Made by a program: the position numbers and the translations under genes. From positions 1-16,411 of the forward strand of contig JBDRBK010000102.1 of assembly GCA_043822705.1 (NCBI GenBank): 16,411 nucleotides of DNA, given 5' to 3'. The number at the start of each line of letters is the position of its first letter. The stretch's first letter is position 1. The DNA comes from Fidelibacterota bacterium. GTDB taxonomy: Bacteria; Fidelibacterota; Marinisomatia; Marinisomatales; TCS56. The notes under the pieces were generated by a model. It ran no database searches. It was not told where the DNA came from and saw nothing but the letters and a program-made list of their open reading frames with translations. Of the stretch, positions 1 to 7,878 are shown piece by piece.

Positions 1-74
1 ACCAGCGGTTGCAGGGACTTGATTATGCGTCCCGACTTGGTTCCGAATATTTTAGTAATCAACGAACTTGACAT
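1..74 (-). CDS. secA: Preprotein translocase ATPase SecA, N-terminal fragment (runs off the window start)
   Basis: Not in the ORF track. ATG at 74-72 gives MSSSLITKIFGTKSGRIIKSLQPL(V), resembling the SecA N-terminus (L.KIFG.K..R.IK.L.P.V). Only 24 full codons are visible. Confidence 0.72.
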   Translation of the reverse strand, partial: MSSSLITKIFGTKSGRIIKSLQPL

Positions 75-125
75 ATTATTGAATTTTGTAGTTTTTATAA
101 GGGACTGAAGTTAAACCATTCCCAC

Positions 126-581
126 CTAATTGTCTGTTTTCGCCGGCGCTGGTTTATCGGCCTCCAGCTTTGCTTTGTAAATGGCATCCAGGATACCATT
201 AACAAAACCGGAACTCTCTTCGGTGCTGTATTGTTTCGCGATTTCGATGGCCTCGCTGATCGACACCTTAGGGGGCACGTCGGTTATGAAATAAATTTCA
301 CTGATTGCCATCTGCAGAATGATCCGGTCCAGCAGTGCGACCCGGTCGATATTCCAGTTCACCAGATACTTGGTAACCAGGCCATCGCACCAGTCCTTGT
401 ATTTAACCGCGTTCTTGAACAGCTCGGTAATATAGCGCCGGGTGCTGTCATCGACGATATCCCTCACGAAAAGGTCCGCCAGGACCTTTTCGTGAGGATC
501 GCCACTCAATTCCAGGGCGTAAAGCGCCTTGATGACGCTCTCGCGCGCCAGTCGCCGCGGATGTACCTTAACTGGCGTCAC
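126..581 (-). CDS. nusB: Transcription antitermination factor NusB
   Basis: Arg-rich [45 protein letters not shown] and SGFVNGILD. The GTG start overlaps the upstream gene by 14 nt. Confidence 0.97.
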   Translation of the reverse strand: MTPVKVHPRRLARESVIKALYALELSGDPHEKVLADLFVRDIVDDSTRRYITELFKNAVKYKDWCDGLVTKYLVNWNIDRVALLDRIILQMAISEIYFITDVPPKVSISEAIEIAKQYSTEESSGFVNGILDAIYKAKLEADKPAPAKTDN

Positions 582-1671
582 GCTTGCTCATTGGATTTTT
601 ACGCGGCAGGTAAATACTCTTCAGTTTGCCCAGATTCTCCATCCGGCGCAAAGCGACGCGGTCGGCGGCCACGTTGGTGGGAACATCTTCTTTATCAGCC
701 AGCGCGAAGATGGTCATCAATGTGTCATAGATACCTTCGGCCTGTTTGAAAGCCCGCTCGCGGTTGTAACGATCCATCTCGTTGGCCACGTTGATCAGAC
801 CGCCGGCATTGATGGCATAATCCGGGGCGTACAGGACGCCGGCTTTCCGAATGGCGGCGCCATGCCGGGATTCCGATTCCAACTGATTGTTGGCGGCGCC
901 GGCGATGATCGTGGCCTTCAACTGCGGCAGGGTGTCGTCGTTGATCGTGGCACCGAGGGCGCAGGGGGCGTAAATATCCACGTCCAAACCATAGATTTCA
1001 TCGATTCCGACCGGCTTGACGCCAAACTCGGCTTCGACCCGGACCAGCGCTTCCTGATCGATATCGGTGGCATAGATTTCCGCCCCTTCCTCCTGCAGGT
1101 GCTGGCACAGATAATAACCCACGTGCCCGACTCCCTGGACCGACACTTTCAGTCCGGCCAGGCTGTCGAGACCAAGCTTGTACTTGACGGCGGCTTTCAT
1201 GCCCATGTAGGTACCGAAAGCGGTCACCGGCGAAGGATCGCCGCTGCCGCCCAAAGCCCGGGAGATTCCGGTGACATAGGATGTTTCCATCCGCACCCAT
1301 TCCATATCCTTGACGCTGGTGCCTACATCCTCGGCGGTGATATAGCGGCCGCCCAGACCCTCCACGAAGCGGCCGAAGGACCGGAACAGCAGTTCGGACT
1401 TGTCTTTCTTGGCATCGCCGATGATTACCGATTTGCCGCCGCCCAGATTCAATCCCGCCACGGCCGCCTTGTAGCTCATCCCCCGCGAAAGCCGCAAAAC
1501 GTCGCGAATGGCATCATCTTCGGATTTATAGGGCCACATCCGGCAGCCACCCAGAGATGGTCCGATGGTGGTATCATGGATGGCAATTATTGCTTTCAGA
1601 CCAGAGTCAGGATCATTGCAGAAGACGATCTGTTCGTGACCTTTTTCCGACATTCTCTCAAAAACTGACAT
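568..1671 (-). CDS. ldh: Glu/Leu/Phe/Val dehydrogenase family, leucine dehydrogenase-like
   Basis: [43 protein letters not shown], Rossmann [16 protein letters not shown] and [20 protein letters not shown] at 1677-1683. Confidence 0.94.
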   Translation of the reverse strand: MSVFERMSEKGHEQIVFCNDPDSGLKAIIAIHDTTIGPSLGGCRMWPYKSEDDAIRDVLRLSRGMSYKAAVAGLNLGGGKSVIIGDAKKDKSELLFRSFGRFVEGLGGRYITAEDVGTSVKDMEWVRMETSYVTGISRALGGSGDPSPVTAFGTYMGMKAAVKYKLGLDSLAGLKVSVQGVGHVGYYLCQHLQEEGAEIYATDIDQEALVRVEAEFGVKPVGIDEIYGLDVDIYAPCALGATINDDTLPQLKATIIAGAANNQLESESRHGAAIRKAGVLYAPDYAINAGGLINVANEMDRYNRERAFKQAEGIYDTLMTIFALADKEDVPTNVAADRVALRRMENLGKLKSIYLPRKNPMSKRDAS

Positions 1672-1676
1672 TAACG

Positions 1677-1697
1677 CCTCCTTCCCGTTGCCGGGAA
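1677..1697 (-). promoter_or_regulatory. Shine-Dalgarno AAGGAGG abutting a 6-bp hairpin with a GCAA tetraloop
   Basis: Minus strand reads TTCCCG-GCAA-CGGGAA-GGAGG-CGTTA-ATG. Confidence 0.6.
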
Positions 1698-1736
1698 TTA
1701 AGTGATTAGTAAATTAAAGAAATGGCGCAACCGGAC

Positions 1737-2879
1737 CTACTCTTTCAACAGCTCGCGAGCGATAACCAATTGCTGGATTTCTGATGTACCTTCATAGATC
1801 TGGGTGATCTTGGCATCGCGCATGAGTCGTTCGACTCCGTATTCGCGCATATATCCGTATCCCCCGAAAATTTGCACGCACTGGGTGGTCGCCTCCATGG
1901 CGATCTTGGAAGCGAAATACTTGGCCATGGCACCTTCCTTGGTGAAGCGCTTGCCGGTATCTTTCAACCAAGCAGCCCGGTGAATCAATAACCGGGCGGC
2001 GTCGATGTTGCAGGCCATGTTGGAGATTTTATCGTGGGTCGCGCCGAAATTGGCGATGGGCTGACCGAACTGCTCGCGCTCCTTGGAATAAACCAGTGAT
2101 TTTTCCAGGGCGGCACGGGCGATTCCCAAAGCCTGGGCGGCAATTCCGATCCGCCCGCCGTCCAGCGTATTCATGGCAATTTTAAAGCCCTGTCCTGCTT
2201 CGCTGATCAGGTTTTCGGCCGGCACCCGGCAATTATCGAAGTACAGTTCGCAGGTATCGGAACCGCGGATTCCCAGCTTATCCTCTTTCTTCCCGGCGGT
2301 GAAACCAGCCCAGCCTTTTTCGACGATGAAGGCCGAAACACCCTTATAGCCGATGCCCTTGGCAGTCAGCGCATAGACGATCGCCAGGTCGGAACTGATC
2401 CCGTTGGTAACCCAATTTTTGGTACCGTTCAGAATGTAGTGGTCGCCAGCCTTCTCCGCGAACGTGCGCATGGCGCTGGCATCGGAACCGGACTGGGGTT
2501 CGCTCAGGGAATAGGCGCCCAGAATTTCGCCCGTCGCCAGCCGTTTCAGGTATTTTTCGCGCTGGGCATCGTTACACCAGTTCAGAAATATCTGACAGAC
2601 CAGCGAATTATTGACCGACATTACTACCGCCGCCGAAGCATCGACCCGGGCCAGTTCTTCGATAGCCATCACGTAGCTGATAAAATCGGCACCGGCGCCA
2701 TTCCATTTCTCCGGTACGACCATGCCCAGAAATCCCAGTTCAGCCATCATTTTGATCTGTTCGGTCGGAAATTCGGCTTTCTCGTCGCGCTCCATTACCC
2801 CCGGCGCCAGGTGTTCTTCGGCGAAATCGCGAGCGGTCTGCCGGATCAGCAATTGTTCTTCGGTATAGTTGAAGTCCAT
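1737..2879 (-). CDS. Acyl-CoA dehydrogenase, short/branched-chain (butyryl-CoA dehydrogenase-like), 380 aa
   Basis: Start reassigned to ATG 2879 (MDFNYTEEQ), with a GGAGG SD and a TGATG overlap with the thiolase stop. Motifs GAYSLSEPQSGSDA, LNGTKNWVTNG, KLGIRGSDT, GGRIGIAAQALG, REQFG, QIFGGYGY and IYEGT (SCAD/MCAD-position catalytic Glu). Confidence 0.95.
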   Translation of the reverse strand: MDFNYTEEQLLIRQTARDFAEEHLAPGVMERDEKAEFPTEQIKMMAELGFLGMVVPEKWNGAGADFISYVMAIEELARVDASAAVVMSVNNSLVCQIFLNWCNDAQREKYLKRLATGEILGAYSLSEPQSGSDASAMRTFAEKAGDHYILNGTKNWVTNGISSDLAIVYALTAKGIGYKGVSAFIVEKGWAGFTAGKKEDKLGIRGSDTCELYFDNCRVPAENLISEAGQGFKIAMNTLDGGRIGIAAQALGIARAALEKSLVYSKEREQFGQPIANFGATHDKISNMACNIDAARLLIHRAAWLKDTGKRFTKEGAMAKYFASKIAMEATTQCVQIFGGYGYMREYGVERLMRDAKITQIYEGTSEIQQLVIARELLKE

Positions 2880-4066
2880 CAGATTGCCTCCACGATTACG
2901 GCCGAGCCTTCGCCGCCGCCGATACAGAGTGTGGCTAGTCCGCACCGGGCGCCGGTCCGTTGCATGGCATGGATCAGGGTGGCGAAAATCCGCAGTCCCG
3001 ACGCACCGATGGGATGGCCGATGGCGATCGCGCCACCGTTAATGTTGACTTTGGCGGGATCGATCCGGAAATCATCGATGGCGGCCAGCGTCACCGGTGC
3101 GAATGCTTCATTAATTTCCCAGAGGTCGATCTGGTCGGCCGTCAGGCCGGCTTTCGCCAGCGCTTTTTTGATAGCTTTGACCGGCGCCGTCGTAAACCAT
3201 TCGGGAGCCTGGGCGGCCGAGGCCTGGGCGATTACCCGGACCAGCGGTTTCAGACCCAGTTCCGCTGCTTTGATCGCCGACATCAGCAGCGCCGCGCCGG
3301 CGCCATCATTGATTTTAGATGCATTGGCGGCGGTAATCGTCCCGTCCTTTTCGAAGGCCGGTTTCAGCGTACCCATTTTTTCAAAGTTGGCCCGGCCTGG
3401 TTCTTCGTCCGCCGTAATTAAAACCGGATCGCCTTTGCGCTGGGGGATTTCCACCGGTACGATTTCGGCATCGAACCAGCCGGCGGCTTGGGCGGCCTGG
3501 GCCCGGCGATAGGATTCGCGGGCGAATTCATCCTGTTGCGCGCGACTGTACTGCCGGTCCCGGGCGCACAGTTCGGCGCAATTGCCCATGTGAATATCGT
3601 TGTAGACATCCCACAAACCGTCGTGGATCATGCCGTCGATTACTTTTCCATGACCCAGCCGGTGTCCGGCCCGTGCCTGGGGCAGCAGGTAGGGCACGTT
3701 GGACATGCTTTCCATCCCACCGGCAATGATAATATCGGCATCACCGGTCTGGATCGCCTGGGTCGCCAGCATCACTGCTTTCAACCCCGATCCGCAGACC
3801 TTGTTGATCGTCAGGCATTCGACTGCTTCCGGCAATCCGGCGCCGAGGGCAGCCTGACGGGCGGGCGCCTGTCCTTCGCCGGCCGGCAGTACATTACCCA
3901 TGATGACTTCGTTGATGGCGGTTGGGTCGATGCCGGTTTCTTCGACGACTCCCTTAATGGCCAGGGAGCCCAACCTGGTCGCGGGCAGCGCGGATAAAGC
4001 CCCCTGGAACGCCCCCACCGGCGTCCGCTTGATTCCGACAATTACTACAGAATTCAAATCGCTCAT
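2879..4066 (-). CDS. Acetyl-CoA C-acyltransferase (thiolase)
   Basis: RTPVG, GQAPARQA, catalytic INKVCGSG, AGGMESMS, INDGA, NEAF, GHPIGASG and LCIGGGEG. SD GAGGGG at 4070-4075. Confidence 0.97.
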   Translation of the reverse strand: MSDLNSVVIVGIKRTPVGAFQGALSALPATRLGSLAIKGVVEETGIDPTAINEVIMGNVLPAGEGQAPARQAALGAGLPEAVECLTINKVCGSGLKAVMLATQAIQTGDADIIIAGGMESMSNVPYLLPQARAGHRLGHGKVIDGMIHDGLWDVYNDIHMGNCAELCARDRQYSRAQQDEFARESYRRAQAAQAAGWFDAEIVPVEIPQRKGDPVLITADEEPGRANFEKMGTLKPAFEKDGTITAANASKINDGAGAALLMSAIKAAELGLKPLVRVIAQASAAQAPEWFTTAPVKAIKKALAKAGLTADQIDLWEINEAFAPVTLAAIDDFRIDPAKVNINGGAIAIGHPIGASGLRIFATLIHAMQRTGARCGLATLCIGGGEGSAVIVEAI

Positions 4067-4101
4067 ATTCCCCTCGAATAGTAGGTTAACGGTATCCCTC
4101 C

Positions 4102-4139
4102 AAACAACAAAGGTCCGTCCTAGGGACAGACCTTTGTTG
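4102..4139 (-). terminator. Intrinsic-terminator-like hairpin upstream of thiolase
   Basis: Minus strand CAACAAAGGTCTGTCC-CTA-GGACGGACCTTTGTTG-TTT: a 16-bp stem with one G-U pair (a C/A mismatch on the plus strand) and a U-rich 3' side TTTGTTGTTT. Confidence 0.7.
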
Positions 4140-4152
4140 CTGCTGGAAGCTA

Positions 4153-4180
4153 ATTATCAGGTTAATAATCAATACTGTAA
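4153..4180 (-). promoter_or_regulatory. Possible sigma70-type promoter for the thiolase operon
   Basis: TTACAG-N16-GATAAT in an AT-rich patch just upstream of the hairpin. Weak consensus match. Confidence 0.25.
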
Positions 4181-4426
4181 GCTGGTTGAGCAAGATAATG
4201 CCCATTGCCCCGGATCCGATCGATCCGAAAAATTTTTGTCCGTTATCAAATATGTCAGGATTCACGTCTTTTGAGTCTTCTGTCCGGGAAAAACCACCGG
4301 CGCATTCCAGTCCCACCAGCCATTTTTCCGAGGCTATTCCAGTGCCTGAAATTAGCATTATTTTACCAATGAAACATCCAATTTTGCCGGTTACGGCGCT
4401 GTTGCCGGCGGGAAATTGCAGTTTAA

Positions 4427-5422
4427 TCAGCGTCCGGGTGAAGCACTCCCCGACGAACCACGATTGTTACCGGGAGCCTCCGATCCGCCGTTCGAGCGAT
4501 CATAGGCCAGAATAATTTCCTTCACCAGGCGGTGCCGCACCACATCGGTTTCTGTCAATTCCACCAGGCCGATGCCATCGATATCCCTGAGAATATCCAC
4601 CACCTGAACCAGGCCGGAATCGACTTTGCGGGGCAGATCGATCTGGGTGATATCACCGTTGATGATCGCCTTGGAATTGACTCCAAGCCGGGTCAGGAAC
4701 ATTTTCATCTGCATCGAAGTGGCATTCTGCGCCTCATCCAGGATCAGGAAGGCGTTGTCCAGGGTTCGTCCGCGCATATAGGCCAGCGGAATTATTTCGA
4801 TTACTTTCTTGTCCAGCCAGGGCTTCAGTTTCGATTGGGGCAGCATATTGCCTAACGCATCGTAAAGCGGGGCCAGGTAGGGATCGACTTTTTCCATCAG
4901 ATCGCCGGGTAAAAAACCAAGATTTTCACCGGCCTCGACTGCCGGCCGACACAGGATAATCCGGTTGACCTCATGATTCTGGAGCGCCGCAATCGCAAAG
5001 GCTACCGCCAGGTAGGTTTTGCCGGTGCCGGCGGGACCGATCACCAGGGTGATGTCGTTTTTCCGCACGATCTGAACGTAGATCGCCTGACCGTCCGTCC
5101 GGGCGGCGATGCCGCCCTTGCGTCCGTAATGAACCACATCTTCCGGTGTGCCATGGGCGACGCCGTTATCGACGCTGACTACCTGCATCAGTTTATTCAC
5201 ATCAGCTCTGGTAAGACTGCCCTTCCCCGTCAGCGTCTGGACCATTTCATGGATAATTTCCCAGACAATTTCCACCTGTTCATCGTCGCCACTGACCTGT
5301 AGATCATTGCCCCGGGCCACCAGTTTAACCGGAAAGGCCGCTTCAATCATTTTCAGATGCGCGTCGGCGACACCGAACAGCGGTGTCAGCTCGATTCCTT
5401 TTAACTCAATTGTTTTTACCAT
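4427..5422 (-). CDS. phoH: PhoH family ATPase (PhoH-like/YbeZ)
   Basis: N-terminal LFG..D.HL and ARGN, Walker A GPAGTGKT, RPAVEAGENLGFLPGDL, DPYLAPLYDAL, PLAYMRGRTL, ILDEAQN, GDITQIDLP and DVVRHRLV. Confidence 0.96.
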   Translation of the reverse strand: MVKTIELKGIELTPLFGVADAHLKMIEAAFPVKLVARGNDLQVSGDDEQVEIVWEIIHEMVQTLTGKGSLTRADVNKLMQVVSVDNGVAHGTPEDVVHYGRKGGIAARTDGQAIYVQIVRKNDITLVIGPAGTGKTYLAVAFAIAALQNHEVNRIILCRPAVEAGENLGFLPGDLMEKVDPYLAPLYDALGNMLPQSKLKPWLDKKVIEIIPLAYMRGRTLDNAFLILDEAQNATSMQMKMFLTRLGVNSKAIINGDITQIDLPRKVDSGLVQVVDILRDIDGIGLVELTETDVVRHRLVKEIILAYDRSNGGSEAPGNNRGSSGSASPGR

Positions 5423-5552
5423 CTATAGGGTCACCGGTATTAATTTTTGGCCTGTGAACCGGGAAGATTTTACACCGATTCAAAAAATTTGCATCGAAAC
5501 GCGAGTAGCCTAGTAGCAGCTTCGCTCGACATCAAACTGGAAAAGATTATTC

Positions 5553-6419
5553 ATGATGCCCGAATTTAAAAAGAATCTGGCTTTGACAATTATACTGTTA
5601 TTGGCTGGCTGTCAATTTCCAGCGACACAGGAGAAATTTGCCGCCATCCAGAACAGTAAATTTTTGGAATCACAGGGTTGGAAATACTGGGAGAAACGCC
5701 ACCAGGAAAACCAGGCCCGTATGGCCTACACTTTTTTCAAGCGGGCGGCAGAAGTCGATTTCGACAATCAGGAACTGATGGTCCAGTACAGCCGGGCCTG
5801 TTATTTCATCGGCCACTATATCGAAAACGATCCCGCCTTGAAGGACAGCCTGTTTCGCGAAGGCCTGACGGCCGGTAAAACAGCGCTTTACCTTTCCCCC
5901 GTATTCAGCGCCGCCTTCGAGAATGCCAATGGTGACACCAATTTACGTGAAATCGCTGCCATCAGTGCCGCTCCGCCCGAGTTGATTGACGCCTTGTTCT
6001 GGTGGTCGGCAAATCTGGGACGCTACATGGCCTACAAACCGGCCATTTCCCGGATTAAATACCAGGAACACATCGAAACCACGCTGCATCGGATTCTGGC
6101 ATTGAAACCGGATTACTATTACGGTGCCGCCTACCGCTTCTTCGGCGCCCTGTACGCGCGAATCCCCGGGATCGAATTATCGCGCTCCAAGGATTATTTC
6201 GATCTGGCTGTCGCCAAACATCCGGAATACCTGGGGACCTACACCCTGCGGGCCGAATTTTATCACACCAAGGCCGGCAACCGGGAGCAGTTTCACCGCG
6301 ACCTGGTCAAAGTAATCGAATCCAACCCGACGGTGTTACCCGATGTGATGGCGGAAAATATGTTCGAGCAGGAATACGCCCGGCGATTACTCGAACGTGA
6401 GCACCTGCTGTTCGAATAG
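5553..6419 (+). CDS. TatT-like (TRAP-T T-component family) TPR-like lipoprotein
   Basis: Lipobox LLAG-C20 and a helical body with LFWWSANLG, LALKPDYYYGAAYRFFGALYARIPG, SKDYFDLAV, RAEFY and EN.FEQEYARRLL, resembling TatT family proteins as recalled. Confidence 0.7.
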   Translation: MMPEFKKNLALTIILLLAGCQFPATQEKFAAIQNSKFLESQGWKYWEKRHQENQARMAYTFFKRAAEVDFDNQELMVQYSRACYFIGHYIENDPALKDSLFREGLTAGKTALYLSPVFSAAFENANGDTNLREIAAISAAPPELIDALFWWSANLGRYMAYKPAISRIKYQEHIETTLHRILALKPDYYYGAAYRFFGALYARIPGIELSRSKDYFDLAVAKHPEYLGTYTLRAEFYHTKAGNREQFHRDLVKVIESNPTVLPDVMAENMFEQEYARRLLEREHLLFE

Positions 6420-6465
6420 ACGGTATTTTGCTGCGGTAAAAATATGGCCCGAATAAAACAGTAAC

Positions 6466-7080
6466 ATGCTTGGCGCCGTAATTTACTTCCTGCTGATCCT
6501 GATCGTAATCCTGTTGGGAATCCTGTTTTTTCCCTGGCGGATCGGGGTTCGCGGCCAGGCGGTAACTGTCGATGGGCAAATGGTGTTTACCGGGGCCGCG
6601 ACGGTCGGCGGCCGAGCGATTGGATTGTGCCTGTCATTTCTACCCGCTTTTCAACTGGGAATCGGCCCCTATTCCAAAACGTGGATCAAAGTGACTTTGA
6701 AAAAATCTGCCAAACGAAGGCCGCCAAAGAAACCAAAAAAAATCAAAATCAAACCGAAAAAGACCTTTGCGCAGCAACTCCAGGCATTAGACCGGATGCC
6801 ACTGATGAAAAAGCTGGTCGCGGCCGTCCTGCGGAAAATTCACTGGGAACGGCTGACCTTGACCGGTCAACTGGGATTGAAAAATCCGATGACCACCGGT
6901 CTGATTTCCGGGATGGTGGCCTGGCTGAAGACGATTCTGCCGACACCACCGACCAGGATCGACATTACCACCCATTTCAACGGTCGACTGAATCTGGATT
7001 TGAGCGGCGATCTGGTATTCCGTCTGCAACCGGGAGTCTTGGCAATTACGGCCCTGGTTGTGTACATTCGGAACAAATAA
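6466..7080 (+). CDS. DUF2953 / YtfI-like membrane-anchored protein
   Basis: N-terminal TM helix ending in FFP, a Lys-rich linker (KKSAKRRPPKKPKKIKIKPKK), the DUF2953-like motif LGLKNPMTTGLISG and a C-terminal hydrophobic tail. Lies directly upstream of a GerW/YtfJ gene. Confidence 0.72.
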   Translation: MLGAVIYFLLILIVILLGILFFPWRIGVRGQAVTVDGQMVFTGAATVGGRAIGLCLSFLPAFQLGIGPYSKTWIKVTLKKSAKRRPPKKPKKIKIKPKKTFAQQLQALDRMPLMKKLVAAVLRKIHWERLTLTGQLGLKNPMTTGLISGMVAWLKTILPTPPTRIDITTHFNGRLNLDLSGDLVFRLQPGVLAITALVVYIRNK

Positions 7081-7098
7081 ACGCGATGAGGATATTCA

Positions 7099-7497
7099 AT
7101 GGGAATTGACAATCTGGTTAAAAACACACTGCATGAATTGCAGGAACTGATGGCGTCCAAAACGGTAATCGGCGAACCGGTCAATGCCGGCGAGCATACG
7201 GTCCTGCCGGTTTCCAAGGTGACTTTCGGGTTTGCATCCGGTGGCGGCGGCGGTGAAGCTGACACCAAGGATAAAACCAAAAGCTCCGGCGAAGGTATCG
7301 GCGGCGGCTGGTCGATCGAACCGGTGGCGTTCGTCATCGTTGGAAAAGATGGCGCCAAACTGCTGACGATCGGTGAGAACGAAGGTATCGGCAGCAAGAT
7401 CATGGACCTGGCTCCCAAAGTCGTGGAAGCGGTTTCCAATCTGGCCGGTAAAAAAGCTCAGGCAAAACCGGAGGCCGAAGCCACCGCAGAAGAATAA
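7099..7497 (+). CDS. GerW / YtfJ family protein
   Basis: KTVIGEPV, TVLPVSKVTFGFASGGGGG, GIGGGWSIEPVAFVIV and MDLAPKVV. SD GAGG at 7088-7091. Confidence 0.92.
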   Translation: MGIDNLVKNTLHELQELMASKTVIGEPVNAGEHTVLPVSKVTFGFASGGGGGEADTKDKTKSSGEGIGGGWSIEPVAFVIVGKDGAKLLTIGENEGIGSKIMDLAPKVVEAVSNLAGKKAQAKPEAEATAEE

Positions 7498-7511
7498 ATT
7501 CCGTTTATCAA

Positions 7512-7528
7512 CCTGTAAATTACAGGAG
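7512..7528 (+). promoter_or_regulatory. Inverted repeat CCTGTAA-A-TTACAGG overlapping the AGGAG SD
   Basis: Perfect 7-bp arms at 7512-7518 and 7520-7526, SD AGGAG at 7524-7528, ATG at 7534. Confidence 0.5.
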
Positions 7529-7533
7529 CGATC

Positions 7534-7878
7534 ATGAAATCAATCAGGAGGGTCAGTATATTACTGATCGCGCTTAATCTTATCTTTACGTTTTCGCTAC
7601 GGGCTGCTGCCGGCGAAGATCAGGTCAGGGAATATATTGCTCAATGTTTAGCACAGATTGAGCAGAATAATTACACAAAGGCGCTGGATTGTCTGGAAGC
7701 CGCCCTGGCGCTGCAGGATTCTAATCCTGAGTTGTATCGGCTGCAGGGTCAGGTTTTGGAAATTCTGGAACGGCCGCAGGAAGCAATCACGGCCTGGGAA
7801 AACTGCCGAAAATTTGCCACTGATCCGGCCTTGCGCGAGGAAGCAAACCACCATATTGAAAATCTGAGTTCTGACTGA
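7534..7878 (+). CDS. Small exported tetratricopeptide-repeat protein
   Basis: Signal peptide MKSIRR-hydrophobic-LRA/AA, followed by TPR-like helices NYTKALDCLEAALALQDSNPELYRLQGQVLEILERPQEAITAWENC. Confidence 0.8.
   Translation: MKSIRRVSILLIALNLIFTFSLRAAAGEDQVREYIAQCLAQIEQNNYTKALDCLEAALALQDSNPELYRLQGQVLEILERPQEAITAWENCRKFATDPALREEANHHIENLSSD

Noticed and set aside
529..1668. 379-aa plus-strand ORF antisense to the dehydrogenase
   Set aside because: It mirrors the real gene codon for codon and has no motifs. Stop-free antisense frames are common opposite GC-rich genes.
2880..2945. Arg-rich N-terminal extension of the ACAD in the ORF track, superficially Tat-like
   Set aside because: It overlaps the thiolase C-terminus. 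ATG 2879 has a GGAGG SD, TGATG coupling and the family-typical start.
2439..3512. 357-aa plus-strand ORF antisense to the ACAD and thiolase genes
   Set aside because: Shadow ORF over two well-supported genes, with no recognisable domain.
4086..4515. Short ORFs in the phoH-thiolase gap (4086-4358 minus, 4186-4515 plus, 3900-4274 plus)
   Set aside because: No motifs or convincing SD, and they cross the hairpin or overlap neighbouring genes. A small protein cannot be fully excluded.
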